DNA from: an uncultured Pseudomonadota bacterium
GTDB lineage: Bacteria > Pseudomonadota > Gammaproteobacteria > Burkholderiales > SG8-39
Length of the DNA: 64,000 bases
Direction of reading: 5' to 3'
NCBI GenBank assembly: GCA_903829815.1
Contig: CAIKRR010000030.1
Span: 25,730-89,729, forward strand
This document shows, one piece after another, positions 54,946 to 64,000 of the stretch; position 1 is the stretch's first letter; every line of letters starts with the position of its first letter. The notes below the pieces were generated by a model. The model had not been told where the DNA came from. It made no database searches and saw only the letters and a program-made list of their open reading frames with translations. A program made the translations under genes and the position numbers.

Positions 54946-57099
54946 TCAGGCCTTGAGCAGGGCACCTGCCTCCGGGGTCCAGCGCTCCACATGCGCACGG
55001 GCACGGGCCGGGTCACGCTCGATGAGATAGTCGGCGGCCTTGCAGGCACGCTCAAGCAACTCGCCATCGAGCGCCAGGTCGGCAAAACGCAGCAGCGGCA
55101 CACCGCTCTGCCGCACCCCCAACAGTTCGCCCGGCCCCCTGAGTCGCATGTCTTCCTCGGCGATCCGGAAACCGTCGGTGTTCTCGTACACGATTCGAAG
55201 GCGAGCCCGGGCAGTGGCCGAAAGCGGCCCCTGGTAGAGCAGCACGCAACTGGACACCGCTGCGCCACGACCGACCCGTCCACGCAATTGATGAATCTGC
55301 GCAAGCCCGAAGCGCTCGGCATGTTCGATCACCATCAGCGAGGCATTGGGCACGTCGACCCCCACTTCGACCACCGTGGTGGCCACCAGAAGGTCGATCT
55401 CGCGCGCCGAAAAAGCGGCCACTACCGCAGCCTTGTCTTGGCTCGGCATGCGGCCGTGGAGCAGTCCGACCCGCACGCCCGGCAGACTCGCGGCCAGTTC
55501 GGCCGCGGTTTCGGTGGCATTGCGCAGATCGAGCGTTTCCGACTCCTCGATGAGCGGGCACACCCAGTAGGCCTGACCACCCGCCTCTGCCGCGACGCGC
55601 AGCCGCTCGATCACCTCGCCGCGACGGGCACTGGACACCACACGCGTACTGACCGGCGTGCGGCCAGGCGGCAGTTCGTCGATAACGGACACGTCAAGGT
55701 CGGCATAGTGGCTCATGGCAAGCGTTCGCGGGATGGGCGTTGCACTCATCATCAGCAGGTGCGGCTCGGAGGAACCATCGCTCGAGCCCTTGTCGCGCAG
55801 GGCAAGCCGCTGCCGAACCCCGAAACGATGCTGCTCATCGACGATCACCACGCCCAGGTGCTGAAACTGGACCTCGCCTTGAAAGAGCGCATGGGTACCC
55901 ACGGCGACCGCGCTCTGGCCACTGGCAAGACGTGCCAGTGCTGCCACGCGTTCACGCTTCTTCTGGGCACCGCCCACCCATTCGATGCCGACTCCCAGGG
56001 GTTGCAGCCAGTCGCCAAACTTGCGCGCATGCTGCTCGGCAAGTATTTCGGTGGGTGCCATGATCACCGCCTGACAACCGCAGGCCACTGCACGCAGCGC
56101 GGCAAGTGCCGCCACGATGGTCTTGCCGCTGCCGACATCGCCCTGGAGCAGGCGGTTCATGGGATGGGCCTGCGCGAGTTCCTCCTCGATTTCAGCCCAT
56201 ACCCGCGCCTGGGCTGCGGTGAGCGCAAAGGGCAGGCTCTCGAGCAACCGGTCGGTCAGACCCCCGCGCGTGGCGAGTTCGGGGGCGCGTCGTGCGCGCC
56301 GCGCCGACTTGTGGCGCCGCATCGAGATCTGCTGTGCCAACAGTTCATCGAATTTCATGCGCTGCCAGGCCGGATGCGTGCGCTCGCCCAGCGCGTTGAC
56401 ATCGGCCTGCGGCGGTGGCGCATGCAGCAGGCGGACCGCTTCATCGAAGCTGGGCAATGCGAGGCGTTCGAGCCAGCGGGCCGGCAAGGTGTCCTCGAAC
56501 GGCGGGTGTGCAAGCGCCGCTCGGGCGAGGCGCCGCAATACTGTCTGCGAGACACCGGCAACGGTTGGATACACAGGCGTGAGCGTATCGGTGAGGGGCT
56601 CCTCGCCTCTGAGCACCCGTACCCGCGGGTGAAACATCTCGATGCCGTAAAGGCCGGGGCGCAGTTCGCCGAAGGCCCGCACGCGCGCACCGGGCACGAG
56701 CGCACGCTGCACGCTGGGGTAGAAGGTGAAGAAGCGCAACTCGACCTCGCGCCCGGCGTCGGCCAGACGCACGATCAACTGGCGTCGAGGCCGCGGCCGC
56801 ACCTCGCTCGAGACGACCGTGGCCTCGATCAGCACCGGCCCACCGGGCTGCGCCTGCGACAAGGGCGTGAGGCGCGTCTCATCCTCGTAGCGCAAGGGCA
56901 GATGCAGCAGTGCGTCGGCCGGCACATGAATACCCAGCTTGCCCAGCAGGCCGACCAGCGCGGGCGGCAAGGCGCCTGCTGAACCTGACGAGCCCGCTGC
57001 ACCGCCTGCAGCACGAGCCTCGGGCAGGCAGGCAGGAGCCGGGCGCGATTCAGGCATGATGCCTTGCCCCAGCCGATCCAGCCGCTGGAGCCATTGCAC
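54946..57099 (-). CDS. recG: ATP-dependent DNA helicase RecG
   Basis: It has the wedge-domain N-terminus (LLHLPLRYEDET), Walker A GDVGSGKT, DEQH (VDEQHRFG), QLHQLRGRVGRG and C-terminal GELLG..QSG. The start could be 57099 or ATG 57057. Confidence 0.9.
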   Translation of the reverse strand: MQWLQRLDRLGQGIMPESRPAPACLPEARAAGGAAGSSGSAGALPPALVGLLGKLGIHVPADALLHLPLRYEDETRLTPLSQAQPGGPVLIEATVVSSEVRPRPRRQLIVRLADAGREVELRFFTFYPSVQRALVPGARVRAFGELRPGLYGIEMFHPRVRVLRGEEPLTDTLTPVYPTVAGVSQTVLRRLARAALAHPPFEDTLPARWLERLALPSFDEAVRLLHAPPPQADVNALGERTHPAWQRMKFDELLAQQISMRRHKSARRARRAPELATRGGLTDRLLESLPFALTAAQARVWAEIEEELAQAHPMNRLLQGDVGSGKTIVAALAALRAVACGCQAVIMAPTEILAEQHARKFGDWLQPLGVGIEWVGGAQKKRERVAALARLASGQSAVAVGTHALFQGEVQFQHLGVVIVDEQHRFGVRQRLALRDKGSSDGSSEPHLLMMSATPIPRTLAMSHYADLDVSVIDELPPGRTPVSTRVVSSARRGEVIERLRVAAEAGGQAYWVCPLIEESETLDLRNATETAAELAASLPGVRVGLLHGRMPSQDKAAVVAAFSAREIDLLVATTVVEVGVDVPNASLMVIEHAERFGLAQIHQLRGRVGRGAAVSSCVLLYQGPLSATARARLRIVYENTDGFRIAEEDMRLRGPGELLGVRQSGVPLLRFADLALDGELLERACKAADYLIERDPARARAHVERWTPEAGALLKA

Positions 57100-57128
57100 G
57101 CAGTGCTACCGATTCTTGCCCAGACCCC

Positions 57129-59273
57129 ATGCCCTTTGCCCTCACGATCCTCATCAGTGCCTGCCTGCTGTTCCAGGTGCAGCCCCTCATTGCACGGGCG
57201 ATCCTGCCCTGGTTCGGCGGTTCGGCGGCAGTATGGACTGCCTGCATGCTTTTCTTCCAGATCTTCCTGGTGGCAGGCTACCTGTATGCCTGGTGGCTGG
57301 TACGACTCGCACCGCGTCGACAGACCCTGGTTCACAGCCTTGTGCTCGCAGCCAGCCTGGTCGCACTGCCGATCTTGCCAGGCCCCGCCTGGAAACCGAT
57401 CGCACCCGAGAACCCGACCGGACACATCATGCTCCTGCTGGCAGCCACGGTAGGACTGCCCTACCTGCTGCTTGCCACGACAAGCCCGCTGGTGCAGAGC
57501 TGGTTCGCCAGAGCCAGGCCACACGCCTCCCCCTACCGGCTCTTTGCGCTGTCGAACCTGGGGTCGCTGGCCGGCCTGATCCTCTACCCGGCACTGATCG
57601 AGCCCCTGATGCCTCTGCGCTGGCAGGGGCTGGCATGGTCGATGACCTATACGCTCTACGCACTGCTGGCGATGCGACTGGCCTGGCAGGCTCGATCCCT
57701 GCCAACCACCAAGCCCTTGCAGCACACAGCCCCCTCGGGAAGCCTGGCGGCGCAACAGGCGACAGACGCAGGCACGGCCTGTGGCAGCGCAGCCGCAGAC
57801 AGCAGCGCGATCGCAACCCTGCTGTGGCTGGCCCTGCCGGCGTGCGCGTCGGTGCTGCTGCTCGCCTTCACCACGCACCTCACCCAGAACATCGCACCGA
57901 TTCCATTTCTGTGGCTGTTGCCGCTGGGCCTGTATCTGGTGAGTTTCATCCTGTGCTTCGAGAACCGCCGCTGGTACGACCGCCGGTTCTATCTGCCGCT
58001 GCTCGCCCTGGGGCTTGCCGGTGTCTGCCTGACCCTGCTGCCGGCCCAGGCCCACCCGGGCATCGGCGTGCTGCTGCCCCTGCACACAGCGACACTGCTT
58101 GCCGCCTGCATGGTGTGCCATGGCGAGCTGGCACGACTGAAACCGGCCCCGCAAGCACTCACCCGCTACTACCTCATGATCGCCATCGGCGGCGCCCTCG
58201 GTGGACTGCTGGTCGGCATCGTCGCACCCACCCTCTTCGACGAGCTGCTCGAACTGCCCATCGGCATGGTCCTCGTCGTGATCGTGACAGCAGGCACGGT
58301 GATGATCGACACCGATCGATGCAAGCGCGCTGGTGCAGATGGCTCGATGACCGATGTCGCACCGGCGGCCCGCCTGCCGCCGATGCCGATGGGCTTGCGG
58401 GTCGTGGTGAGCATCGCGTGCGTCATCTATGCCTGCGGCCTTGCCACTGCACTGTGGATGATCCACACCGAACGCACGCAGGACACGATAGCCGCGATAC
58501 GCAACTTCTACGGGGCGCTACGGGTCGATGAAGACGGCTGGGGCGAGATGCGCGAACGACGCCTCACGCACGGCACCATCACCCATGGCAAGCAGTTCAT
58601 CGATCCGCAACGCTCACGCTGGCCCACCACCTACTATGCCGAAGACTCTGGCGTCGGCCTGGCGATCGCGGCGCAACGAGTGGCTGGGCACCCAATCAAT
58701 CTGGGCATGGTCGGGCTGGGCGCGGGCACGCTCGCCGCGTATGGGCACAACGGCGATCACATCCAGATCTACGAGATCAATCCACTGGTGCGCGACCTGG
58801 CGAACCGGTATTTCCGCTACCTTGCCGAGAGCGCGGCACGGATCGACTTCTCGATGGGTGATGCGCGTCTGTCGATGGAGCGCGAAGCCGCGCGCGACTT
58901 CGATGTGCTCGCGATAGACGCATTCTCCAGTGACTCGATACCGGTCCACCTGCTGACCGCCGAGGCGTTCTCGACCTGGTTCCGGCACCTCAAGCCTGGC
59001 GGCATTCTGGCTGTTCACATCTCCAACCGCTATCTCGACCTGGAGCCGGTACTGGCCGCTGCCGCTGCCCATGCCGGGGTGGCCGCGCGCGTGGTCGAAA
59101 GCGATGGCAACAACGAACGTGCCGTCTACGGATCAACCTGGGTACTGCTCTCCAGGACCGATGCCGTCTTCGGGCTTGCACCGCTGGCACGCTCGGCGCG
59201 ACCGCTCGCACCAGCGCATCCTGTGCGACTCTGGACTGACGACTACAGCGACCTCATGTCCATCCTGAAGTAG
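57129..59273 (+). CDS. Fused polytopic membrane domain / spermidine-synthase-like (class I methyltransferase-fold) protein
   Basis: 714 aa. The N-terminal ~430 aa are multi-TM. The C-terminus has a SpeE-like block: LGMVGLGAGTLAAYG...IYEINPLV...GDARL...FDVLAIDAFSSDSIPVHLLT.EAF. Confidence 0.7.
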   Translation: MPFALTILISACLLFQVQPLIARAILPWFGGSAAVWTACMLFFQIFLVAGYLYAWWLVRLAPRRQTLVHSLVLAASLVALPILPGPAWKPIAPENPTGHIMLLLAATVGLPYLLLATTSPLVQSWFARARPHASPYRLFALSNLGSLAGLILYPALIEPLMPLRWQGLAWSMTYTLYALLAMRLAWQARSLPTTKPLQHTAPSGSLAAQQATDAGTACGSAAADSSAIATLLWLALPACASVLLLAFTTHLTQNIAPIPFLWLLPLGLYLVSFILCFENRRWYDRRFYLPLLALGLAGVCLTLLPAQAHPGIGVLLPLHTATLLAACMVCHGELARLKPAPQALTRYYLMIAIGGALGGLLVGIVAPTLFDELLELPIGMVLVVIVTAGTVMIDTDRCKRAGADGSMTDVAPAARLPPMPMGLRVVVSIACVIYACGLATALWMIHTERTQDTIAAIRNFYGALRVDEDGWGEMRERRLTHGTITHGKQFIDPQRSRWPTTYYAEDSGVGLAIAAQRVAGHPINLGMVGLGAGTLAAYGHNGDHIQIYEINPLVRDLANRYFRYLAESAARIDFSMGDARLSMEREAARDFDVLAIDAFSSDSIPVHLLTAEAFSTWFRHLKPGGILAVHISNRYLDLEPVLAAAAAHAGVAARVVESDGNNERAVYGSTWVLLSRTDAVFGLAPLARSARPLAPAHPVRLWTDDYSDLMSILK

Positions 59274-59288
59274 CTCGGCGAGCCCCCG

Positions 59289-60347
59289 TCAGGCCAGCGC
59301 GAGCGATGGCATCCGGGCCGATACAGCCTGCAGAGCAGGCATCACTTCCTGCTCGAAGAGTTGCAGCGAGCGCATTTCATTGGCATGTCCGAGGGTGCCA
59401 AAGGCAACCTGCAGCACCAGGTAGTCAAAGCCGACCCGCTCGGCCTGTGCCACCAGTTCGCGGCGCACGGTGTCCGCGCTGCCCACCACCAGCGTGCCGG
59501 CCCTGCGTGCCTCATCGTAATCGGCCGACACGGCAATCGGCGGAAAGTCGCCGCGGCGCACCCAGAGCCAGGCAAGGGCGTCAAACCACTGACGAAACGC
59601 CGGACGCGCAAGACGTTCGGCTGCCTCGTCGCTCTCCCCGATGAACATCACCCGCATCGCCCCGACGATGGGTTCCTTCACCGGCGAAGTCGCCCGCTTG
59701 GGGTCGTCGGCGTAACGCTTCCACGCCGCCCGGTAGTTGGCAAGCGTCAGCGCGACACGATCAGCGGGACCGAGCGCCACGCCGTTCATGCCGTGACGGG
59801 CAGGCCGTTCGTGACCTTCGGCCGAGCGCAGCCCGTACCAGAGCGGCGGATAAGGCTTCTGATAGGGACGAAAAGGCAGCGGCACGTCATCAAACTGGTA
59901 GTACTTGCCGTGGTGGTCAAGCACATCGTTCTGCAAACCCTTCAGCAGCACCTCGAGACCTTCGGCAAACATCGCCTCCGACTGCTCGAAAGGCACGTTC
60001 ATTGCCTTGAATTCGTGCGGCGAAATGCCGCGACCCACGCCGATGTCGAGCCGCCCGTGCGTGATGTGATCGAGCACGCAGAGTTCTTCGATGAGGCGCA
60101 AGGGGTTGTAGAGCGGCAGGAGGAACAACAGTGCCCCGAGGCGGATTCGGTGGGTCTCGCGGGCCGCCGCAGCCAGCCACACCGTGGGCGAGGGCGTGGC
60201 CGCGAGCGGCGTGGCATGGTGCTCGGTGACATGGTAGCCGTAGAACCCCATCGCCTCGGCGGCACGCAGCAAGGCGAGCCGTTCGTCGAAGGTCTTTGCA
60301 AGCGGCTCGTCACGCCGATCGACATAGTCGAAGATACCGAATTTCAT
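59289..60347 (-). CDS. LLM-class (luciferase-like) flavin-dependent oxidoreductase
   Basis: 352 aa starting MKFGIFDYV..., with GFYGYHVTEHH and a TIM-barrel LLM pattern. Confidence 0.75.
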   Translation of the reverse strand: MKFGIFDYVDRRDEPLAKTFDERLALLRAAEAMGFYGYHVTEHHATPLAATPSPTVWLAAAARETHRIRLGALLFLLPLYNPLRLIEELCVLDHITHGRLDIGVGRGISPHEFKAMNVPFEQSEAMFAEGLEVLLKGLQNDVLDHHGKYYQFDDVPLPFRPYQKPYPPLWYGLRSAEGHERPARHGMNGVALGPADRVALTLANYRAAWKRYADDPKRATSPVKEPIVGAMRVMFIGESDEAAERLARPAFRQWFDALAWLWVRRGDFPPIAVSADYDEARRAGTLVVGSADTVRRELVAQAERVGFDYLVLQVAFGTLGHANEMRSLQLFEQEVMPALQAVSARMPSLALA

Positions 60348-60395
60348 CCGTTCACCCTGCCTGTAGTGCCTGCCGTCTCGAATGCCCTGGTGTGA

Positions 60396-61574
60396 TCAGG
60401 GAAATGCCTCGTAGGGGTCACGCACCTGGGGGATACGATCGCCGCAGGCATTCTCCAGCGTGCCATCACGCCCCTTGCGTACGGTGAGCATCAGGAAGTC
60501 GCCAATCATCCCCTGGTGCTCGTCGAAGCTGGTCATGCCCATCGGCCCCTTGGCCTGTACCTTGCGCAGCGCGGCCACGAAGGCTTCACGATCTTCGGCC
60601 CGACCTTTCACGTCCTTGAGGGCCTGGATCACCATCTTGGCCGCCATGTAGCCCATGTAGGAGTACGACCCGGGCAGCGCCTTGGTACGTGCCTTGAAAG
60701 CGTCGATGAACTGTCGATTCTCGGGGGTATCGAGCGTGCCGCAATAGGTGTAAGCGCTCAGCACGCCCTCCGCCTCAGGAGGCATGTCACCAAGCAGTTC
60801 TTCGCTCGTGAACGAGGCGATGCCGAAGAAGGGCATCTTCCTGGACAGACCGTATTCGGCGTACTGCCGGGTGATCCGCGGTGCGTCGGCACCCCACATC
60901 GCGCCCATGACGCCATCGGCCTTGGACGGGTCCATCTTCGTGAGATAGGGCGCGTAGTCAGGCGTACCAACGTTCGGAAACATGGCATCGATCACGTTTT
61001 CGGCACCGAAGACCTTCTTGACGGCCTCGACCGACTCACGTCCGGGCGGTGCATTCCAGCCGATGTAGTACACCTTCTTCCAGCCGAGTTTCTTCGCGGC
61101 TTGAGCCGCGGCCGTGGCGTACTGATAGGACGAGGGCACGAAGCGGAAGATGTAGGGACTCTTCTGTGCGCGAGTCAGGCTCGCCAGTGCCACGGTGCTG
61201 ACCCACGGCACCTTCTGTTCGGCCACATAAGGCGCGATCGCGGCCCCCACCGAACTGACCAGTTCGGACACCAGGATGTGAACCTTGTCGCGCTCGACCA
61301 GTGCCTTCACCTTGGTGAGCCCGGTGTCAGGTCGCCCGGCGCTGTCTTCGTACACCAGTTCGACCTTGCGCCCTGCAATGGTGAAGTTCTCTTCCTCGAA
61401 GGCGAGCTTGACCGCCTCGCGCTCGGGGATGCCCTGCGCAGCGATGGGCCCGGTAATCGGGAACATCACGCCGATCCGGATCGGCGATTGTGCCTGCACG
61501 GCAGTGGCGGCAAGACTGGCAGCAGCGAATACGACGCCTGCGAGCAGTCCACCGGGACGGAATGTGCGTTGCAT
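60396..61574 (-). CDS. ABC transporter substrate-binding protein, LivK/type-1 periplasmic binding protein family
   Basis: 392 aa with a signal peptide (…AATAVQAQS). It has IRIGVMFPITGP.AAQG typical of Leu/Ile/Val-binding family proteins. It is divergent from the permease genes. Confidence 0.8.
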   Translation of the reverse strand: MQRTFRPGGLLAGVVFAAASLAATAVQAQSPIRIGVMFPITGPIAAQGIPEREAVKLAFEEENFTIAGRKVELVYEDSAGRPDTGLTKVKALVERDKVHILVSELVSSVGAAIAPYVAEQKVPWVSTVALASLTRAQKSPYIFRFVPSSYQYATAAAQAAKKLGWKKVYYIGWNAPPGRESVEAVKKVFGAENVIDAMFPNVGTPDYAPYLTKMDPSKADGVMGAMWGADAPRITRQYAEYGLSRKMPFFGIASFTSEELLGDMPPEAEGVLSAYTYCGTLDTPENRQFIDAFKARTKALPGSYSYMGYMAAKMVIQALKDVKGRAEDREAFVAALRKVQAKGPMGMTSFDEHQGMIGDFLMLTVRKGRDGTLENACGDRIPQVRDPYEAFP

Positions 61575-61809
61575 ATTGTCTCCTCGTGTGTCCGGTCGAC
61601 GCGACCAGCCATTTGCGCCATCGCGGTGGCGTCTGGGCGCAGATTACAGCATCGAAAGCGCGCAGGGCAATCGAGCACACGCACGAATGGGCGCAGCATG
61701 ATGAAGCCTGCGCTTGCCGCGGCAAAAGGCGTTGCCGTTCGCTGCATGCCGATGCTACTCTCGGCGCGGCAGGAAAAACTTCAACGAGACAAGAGCGGAT
61801 CAACGCAGC

Positions 61810-62664
61810 ATGAACTTCTGGGCCATCCAGACCCTCAATGGCATTTCCTTCGGAATGCTGCTCTTCCTGCTGGCGGCTGGGCTGTCGCTCATCTACGGCC
61901 TGATGAAGATCCTCAACCTCACCCACGGCTCCTACTACATGCTGGGAGGCTATGTCGGACTGGCGGTGATGCGTGCAAGCGGCAGTTTCGTCCTTGCGCT
62001 GCTGGCCGGCAGTGCTGCCGTTGCGGTGCTGGGTGTGGTGATGGAGCGATTCTTCCTGCGGCGCTTCCATCTGCAGGAACTGCCGCAGACGATGCTGACC
62101 TTTGGCTTCCTGTTCATCTTCGCCGATCTTGCTCTGTGGGTCTGGGGGGGCAATCCCCAGACAATGGCAAAACCGCCACTGCTTGCGGGCGTGACCGCAC
62201 TGGGCTCGCTCAACTACCCGACCTATCGCCTCTTCATCATCGCGGCCGGCGTGGTGGTAGCGCTGATGCTGTGGTGGTTTCAGGATCGCACCCGGGTCGG
62301 TGCAATGCTGCGCGCAGGTGTCGATGACGAGGAAATTGCTCGCGCGCTCGGCATCAACGTGTCGCTGCTGTTTTCGCTGGTCTTCGCGATGGGCGCCTTC
62401 CTCGCCGCGCTCGGTGGCGTGCTGGCCGGGCCGATCATGGGCGTGTACCCCGGCGCCGACTTCGAGGTCCTCCTGCTGGGCTTCGTGGTCGTCATCATCG
62501 GCGGGCTGGGCAGCCTCAAGGGCGCACTCGTCGGCGGACTGCTGGTCGGACTGCTCGACAACTTCGGCAAGGTATTTTTCCCCGAGTTCGCACTCTTCAC
62601 CATCTTTCTGCCAATGGCACTCATCCTGGCAGTGAGGCCCACCGGCCTCTTTGGTCGCGAGTAG
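61810..62664 (+). CDS. Branched-chain amino acid-type ABC transporter permease (LivH family)
   Basis: The start ATG 61810 gives MNFWAIQTLNGISFGMLLFLLAAGLSLIYG...LTHGSYYMLGGY. Confidence 0.85.
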   Translation: MNFWAIQTLNGISFGMLLFLLAAGLSLIYGLMKILNLTHGSYYMLGGYVGLAVMRASGSFVLALLAGSAAVAVLGVVMERFFLRRFHLQELPQTMLTFGFLFIFADLALWVWGGNPQTMAKPPLLAGVTALGSLNYPTYRLFIIAAGVVVALMLWWFQDRTRVGAMLRAGVDDEEIARALGINVSLLFSLVFAMGAFLAALGGVLAGPIMGVYPGADFEVLLLGFVVVIIGGLGSLKGALVGGLLVGLLDNFGKVFFPEFALFTIFLPMALILAVRPTGLFGRE

Positions 62665-62672
62665 AGGGCACG

Positions 62673-63623
62673 ATGAATCGACAGCAACAGCTTGCCATCG
62701 CAGGCATCGCCGGTGCAGCAGTGCTTCTCGCCATGCCCTGGCTCTTCGGCTCGTACTATCTGGGCCTGGCAACCAAGATGATCATCTTCGCGCTCTTTGC
62801 CATGAGCCTCGATCTGCTGATCGGCTACACCGGGCTGGCCTCGCTCGGGCATGCGGCCTACTTCGGTGTGGCGTCCTACGCAACCGGACTACTCGCACTG
62901 CGCCTGGGCTGGGGCGTCGGCTGGGCGCTGCCGGCTGGCGTGCTGGTGGCGGGCCTGACCGCAGCGCTCTTCGGGCTCCTGGCCCTGCGGGCACGAGGCA
63001 GCTACTTCCTCATGATCACGCTGGCCCTGTCGCAGGTCCTCTGGGGCATTGCCTTCGGGTGGCGCAGCCTCACCGGGGGCGATGACGGGCTGCCCGAAGT
63101 GCCCCGCCCCGACCTCGGTCTGCCCTGGTCGTTCGCCGACAACACGCCCTTCTACTACTTCACGCTGGCCGTGGCAGTCGTGTCGACCTGGCTGCTGATG
63201 CGAGTGGTCGCATCGCCCTTCGGGCAATCGCTGCGCGGCATCCGCGAGAGCGAGACACGAATGCTGGCCCTGGGCTATGACACCTGGCGCTACAAGTTCG
63301 CAGCCTTTGTACTGGCGGGGCTGTTTGCCGGGGTGGCAGGCGTCCTCTACGTCTACTACAACCGCTTCGTCAGCCCCGACTACATCCATGTCGCTCGCTC
63401 GGCCGAAGTGCTGCTCATGGTCATTCTGGGTGGCGCCGGCAGCCTGTTCGGGCCGGCGCTCGGCGCAGCGCTGATCGTGCTGTTCGAGAACATCGTCAGT
63501 GGCTACACCGAGCGGTGGCTGCTGGTGCTGGGGGTGGTCTACGTGCTGGTCACGCTGTTTGCGCCTGATGGCATCACCGGGGTCGTGCGTCGACTGCGTC
63601 AGCGCAAGGCAGGTCAGACATGA
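62673..63623 (+). CDS. Branched-chain amino acid-type ABC transporter permease (LivM family)
   Basis: 316-aa polytopic protein with LDLLIGYTGLASLGHAAYFGVASY. Confidence 0.85.
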   Translation: MNRQQQLAIAGIAGAAVLLAMPWLFGSYYLGLATKMIIFALFAMSLDLLIGYTGLASLGHAAYFGVASYATGLLALRLGWGVGWALPAGVLVAGLTAALFGLLALRARGSYFLMITLALSQVLWGIAFGWRSLTGGDDGLPEVPRPDLGLPWSFADNTPFYYFTLAVAVVSTWLLMRVVASPFGQSLRGIRESETRMLALGYDTWRYKFAAFVLAGLFAGVAGVLYVYYNRFVSPDYIHVARSAEVLLMVILGGAGSLFGPALGAALIVLFENIVSGYTERWLLVLGVVYVLVTLFAPDGITGVVRRLRQRKAGQT

Positions 63624-64000
63624 GCGCGCTCGTGATCGAAGGGCTGTCGCGCAACTTTGGCGGACTGCGCGCCCTTTCCAACGTCTCGTTCTCGGTCGAG
63701 GCGGGTGAACGGCGCCTGATCATCGGCCCCAACGGGGCCGGCAAGACCACGCTCTTCAACCTGCTCTCGGGTGTCTTCAAGGCTTCGTCAGGACGCATCA
63801 GCCTCTTCGGGCGTGATGTCACCGGTTTGTCGATGCATGAACGGGCTCGCATGGGGCTGGCACGCACCTTTCAGATCACCAACCTGTTTCCACGCCTGAG
63901 CGTGATGGACAACCTGCTCATCGCCCTGCAGGCAGGCGCCCCCGGGGCCTTCTCGCTCACGCGGCGGATGCGCGACCAGACCGTACTGCACGCGCAGGCA
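63620..64000 (+). CDS. ABC transporter ATP-binding protein (LivG family), 3' end outside the window
   Basis: This gene is absent from the ORF track because no stop occurs before the window end. ATG 63620 overlaps the LivM stop (ATGA). It translates MSALVIEGLSRNFGGLRAL...IGPNGAGKTTLFNLL (Walker A). Confidence 0.8.
   Translation, partial: MSALVIEGLSRNFGGLRALSNVSFSVEAGERRLIIGPNGAGKTTLFNLLSGVFKASSGRISLFGRDVTGLSMHERARMGLARTFQITNLFPRLSVMDNLLIALQAGAPGAFSLTRRMRDQTVLHAQA

Noticed and set aside
54894-55322. Long N-terminal extension of the ubiA ORF (449-aa version).
   Set aside because: The extension overlaps the 3' end of recG on the same strand in another frame and is Cys/Arg/Pro-rich. The ATG at 54891-54893 gives a normal-length UbiA.

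Overview
High-GC chromosomal segment (GC not computed). Gene content suggests a Burkholderiales-type betaproteobacterium. All family assignments rest on motifs and sequence patterns recognised by eye, with no database search, so they are hypotheses at family level. I call 56 protein-coding genes plus 1 pseudogene. I recognised no rRNA, tRNA, CRISPR array, transposase, integrase, phage gene or known defence gene. Housekeeping genes (ftsY, groES-groEL, dacB, ubiD, ubiA, recG) are interleaved with aromatic and CoA-thioester catabolic genes. These include an aryl-CoA ligase, a fused FAD-hydroxylase/OYE-reductase, a gentisate-dioxygenase-like cupin and two NicX-like dioxygenases. They also include an HCHL-like hydratase/lyase, two Rieske oxygenases, an FAH-family enzyme, an amidohydrolase_2, a VOC protein and a three-subunit molybdenum hydroxylase. 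There are two LivHMG(F)-type ABC importers and many periplasmic solute-binding proteins: 7 Bug/TctC, 1 TRAP DctP, 1 LivK-like and 1 leaderless SBP_bac_3. No TctAB or DctQM membrane partners are present. Recognisable non-coding features are a sigma32-type promoter plus CIRCE operator upstream of groES, tandem hairpin terminators after groEL, and a near-consensus sigma70 promoter with an overlapping inverted repeat between marR and the hydroxylase gene. A 9-bp (18-bp alternating) tandem repeat also lies upstream of a Bug gene. Four candidates deserve a second look. (1) An orphan soxX-soxA cytochrome pair is translationally coupled to a Bug binding protein inside a cytoplasmic catabolic gene string. 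(2) That same locus combines CoA-dependent 5-hydroxylation with two different para-diol ring-cleavage dioxygenase families. (3) A minus-strand operon encodes an output-less Cache-PAS-PAS membrane sensor, a phthalate-family Rieske oxygenase, a Zn-ADH and a COG0523 GTPase. (4) A small phosphoglycosyl transferase is interrupted by a single in-frame TAG. None of these can be shown to be novel from sequence alone, and each finding states the decisive search or experiment.
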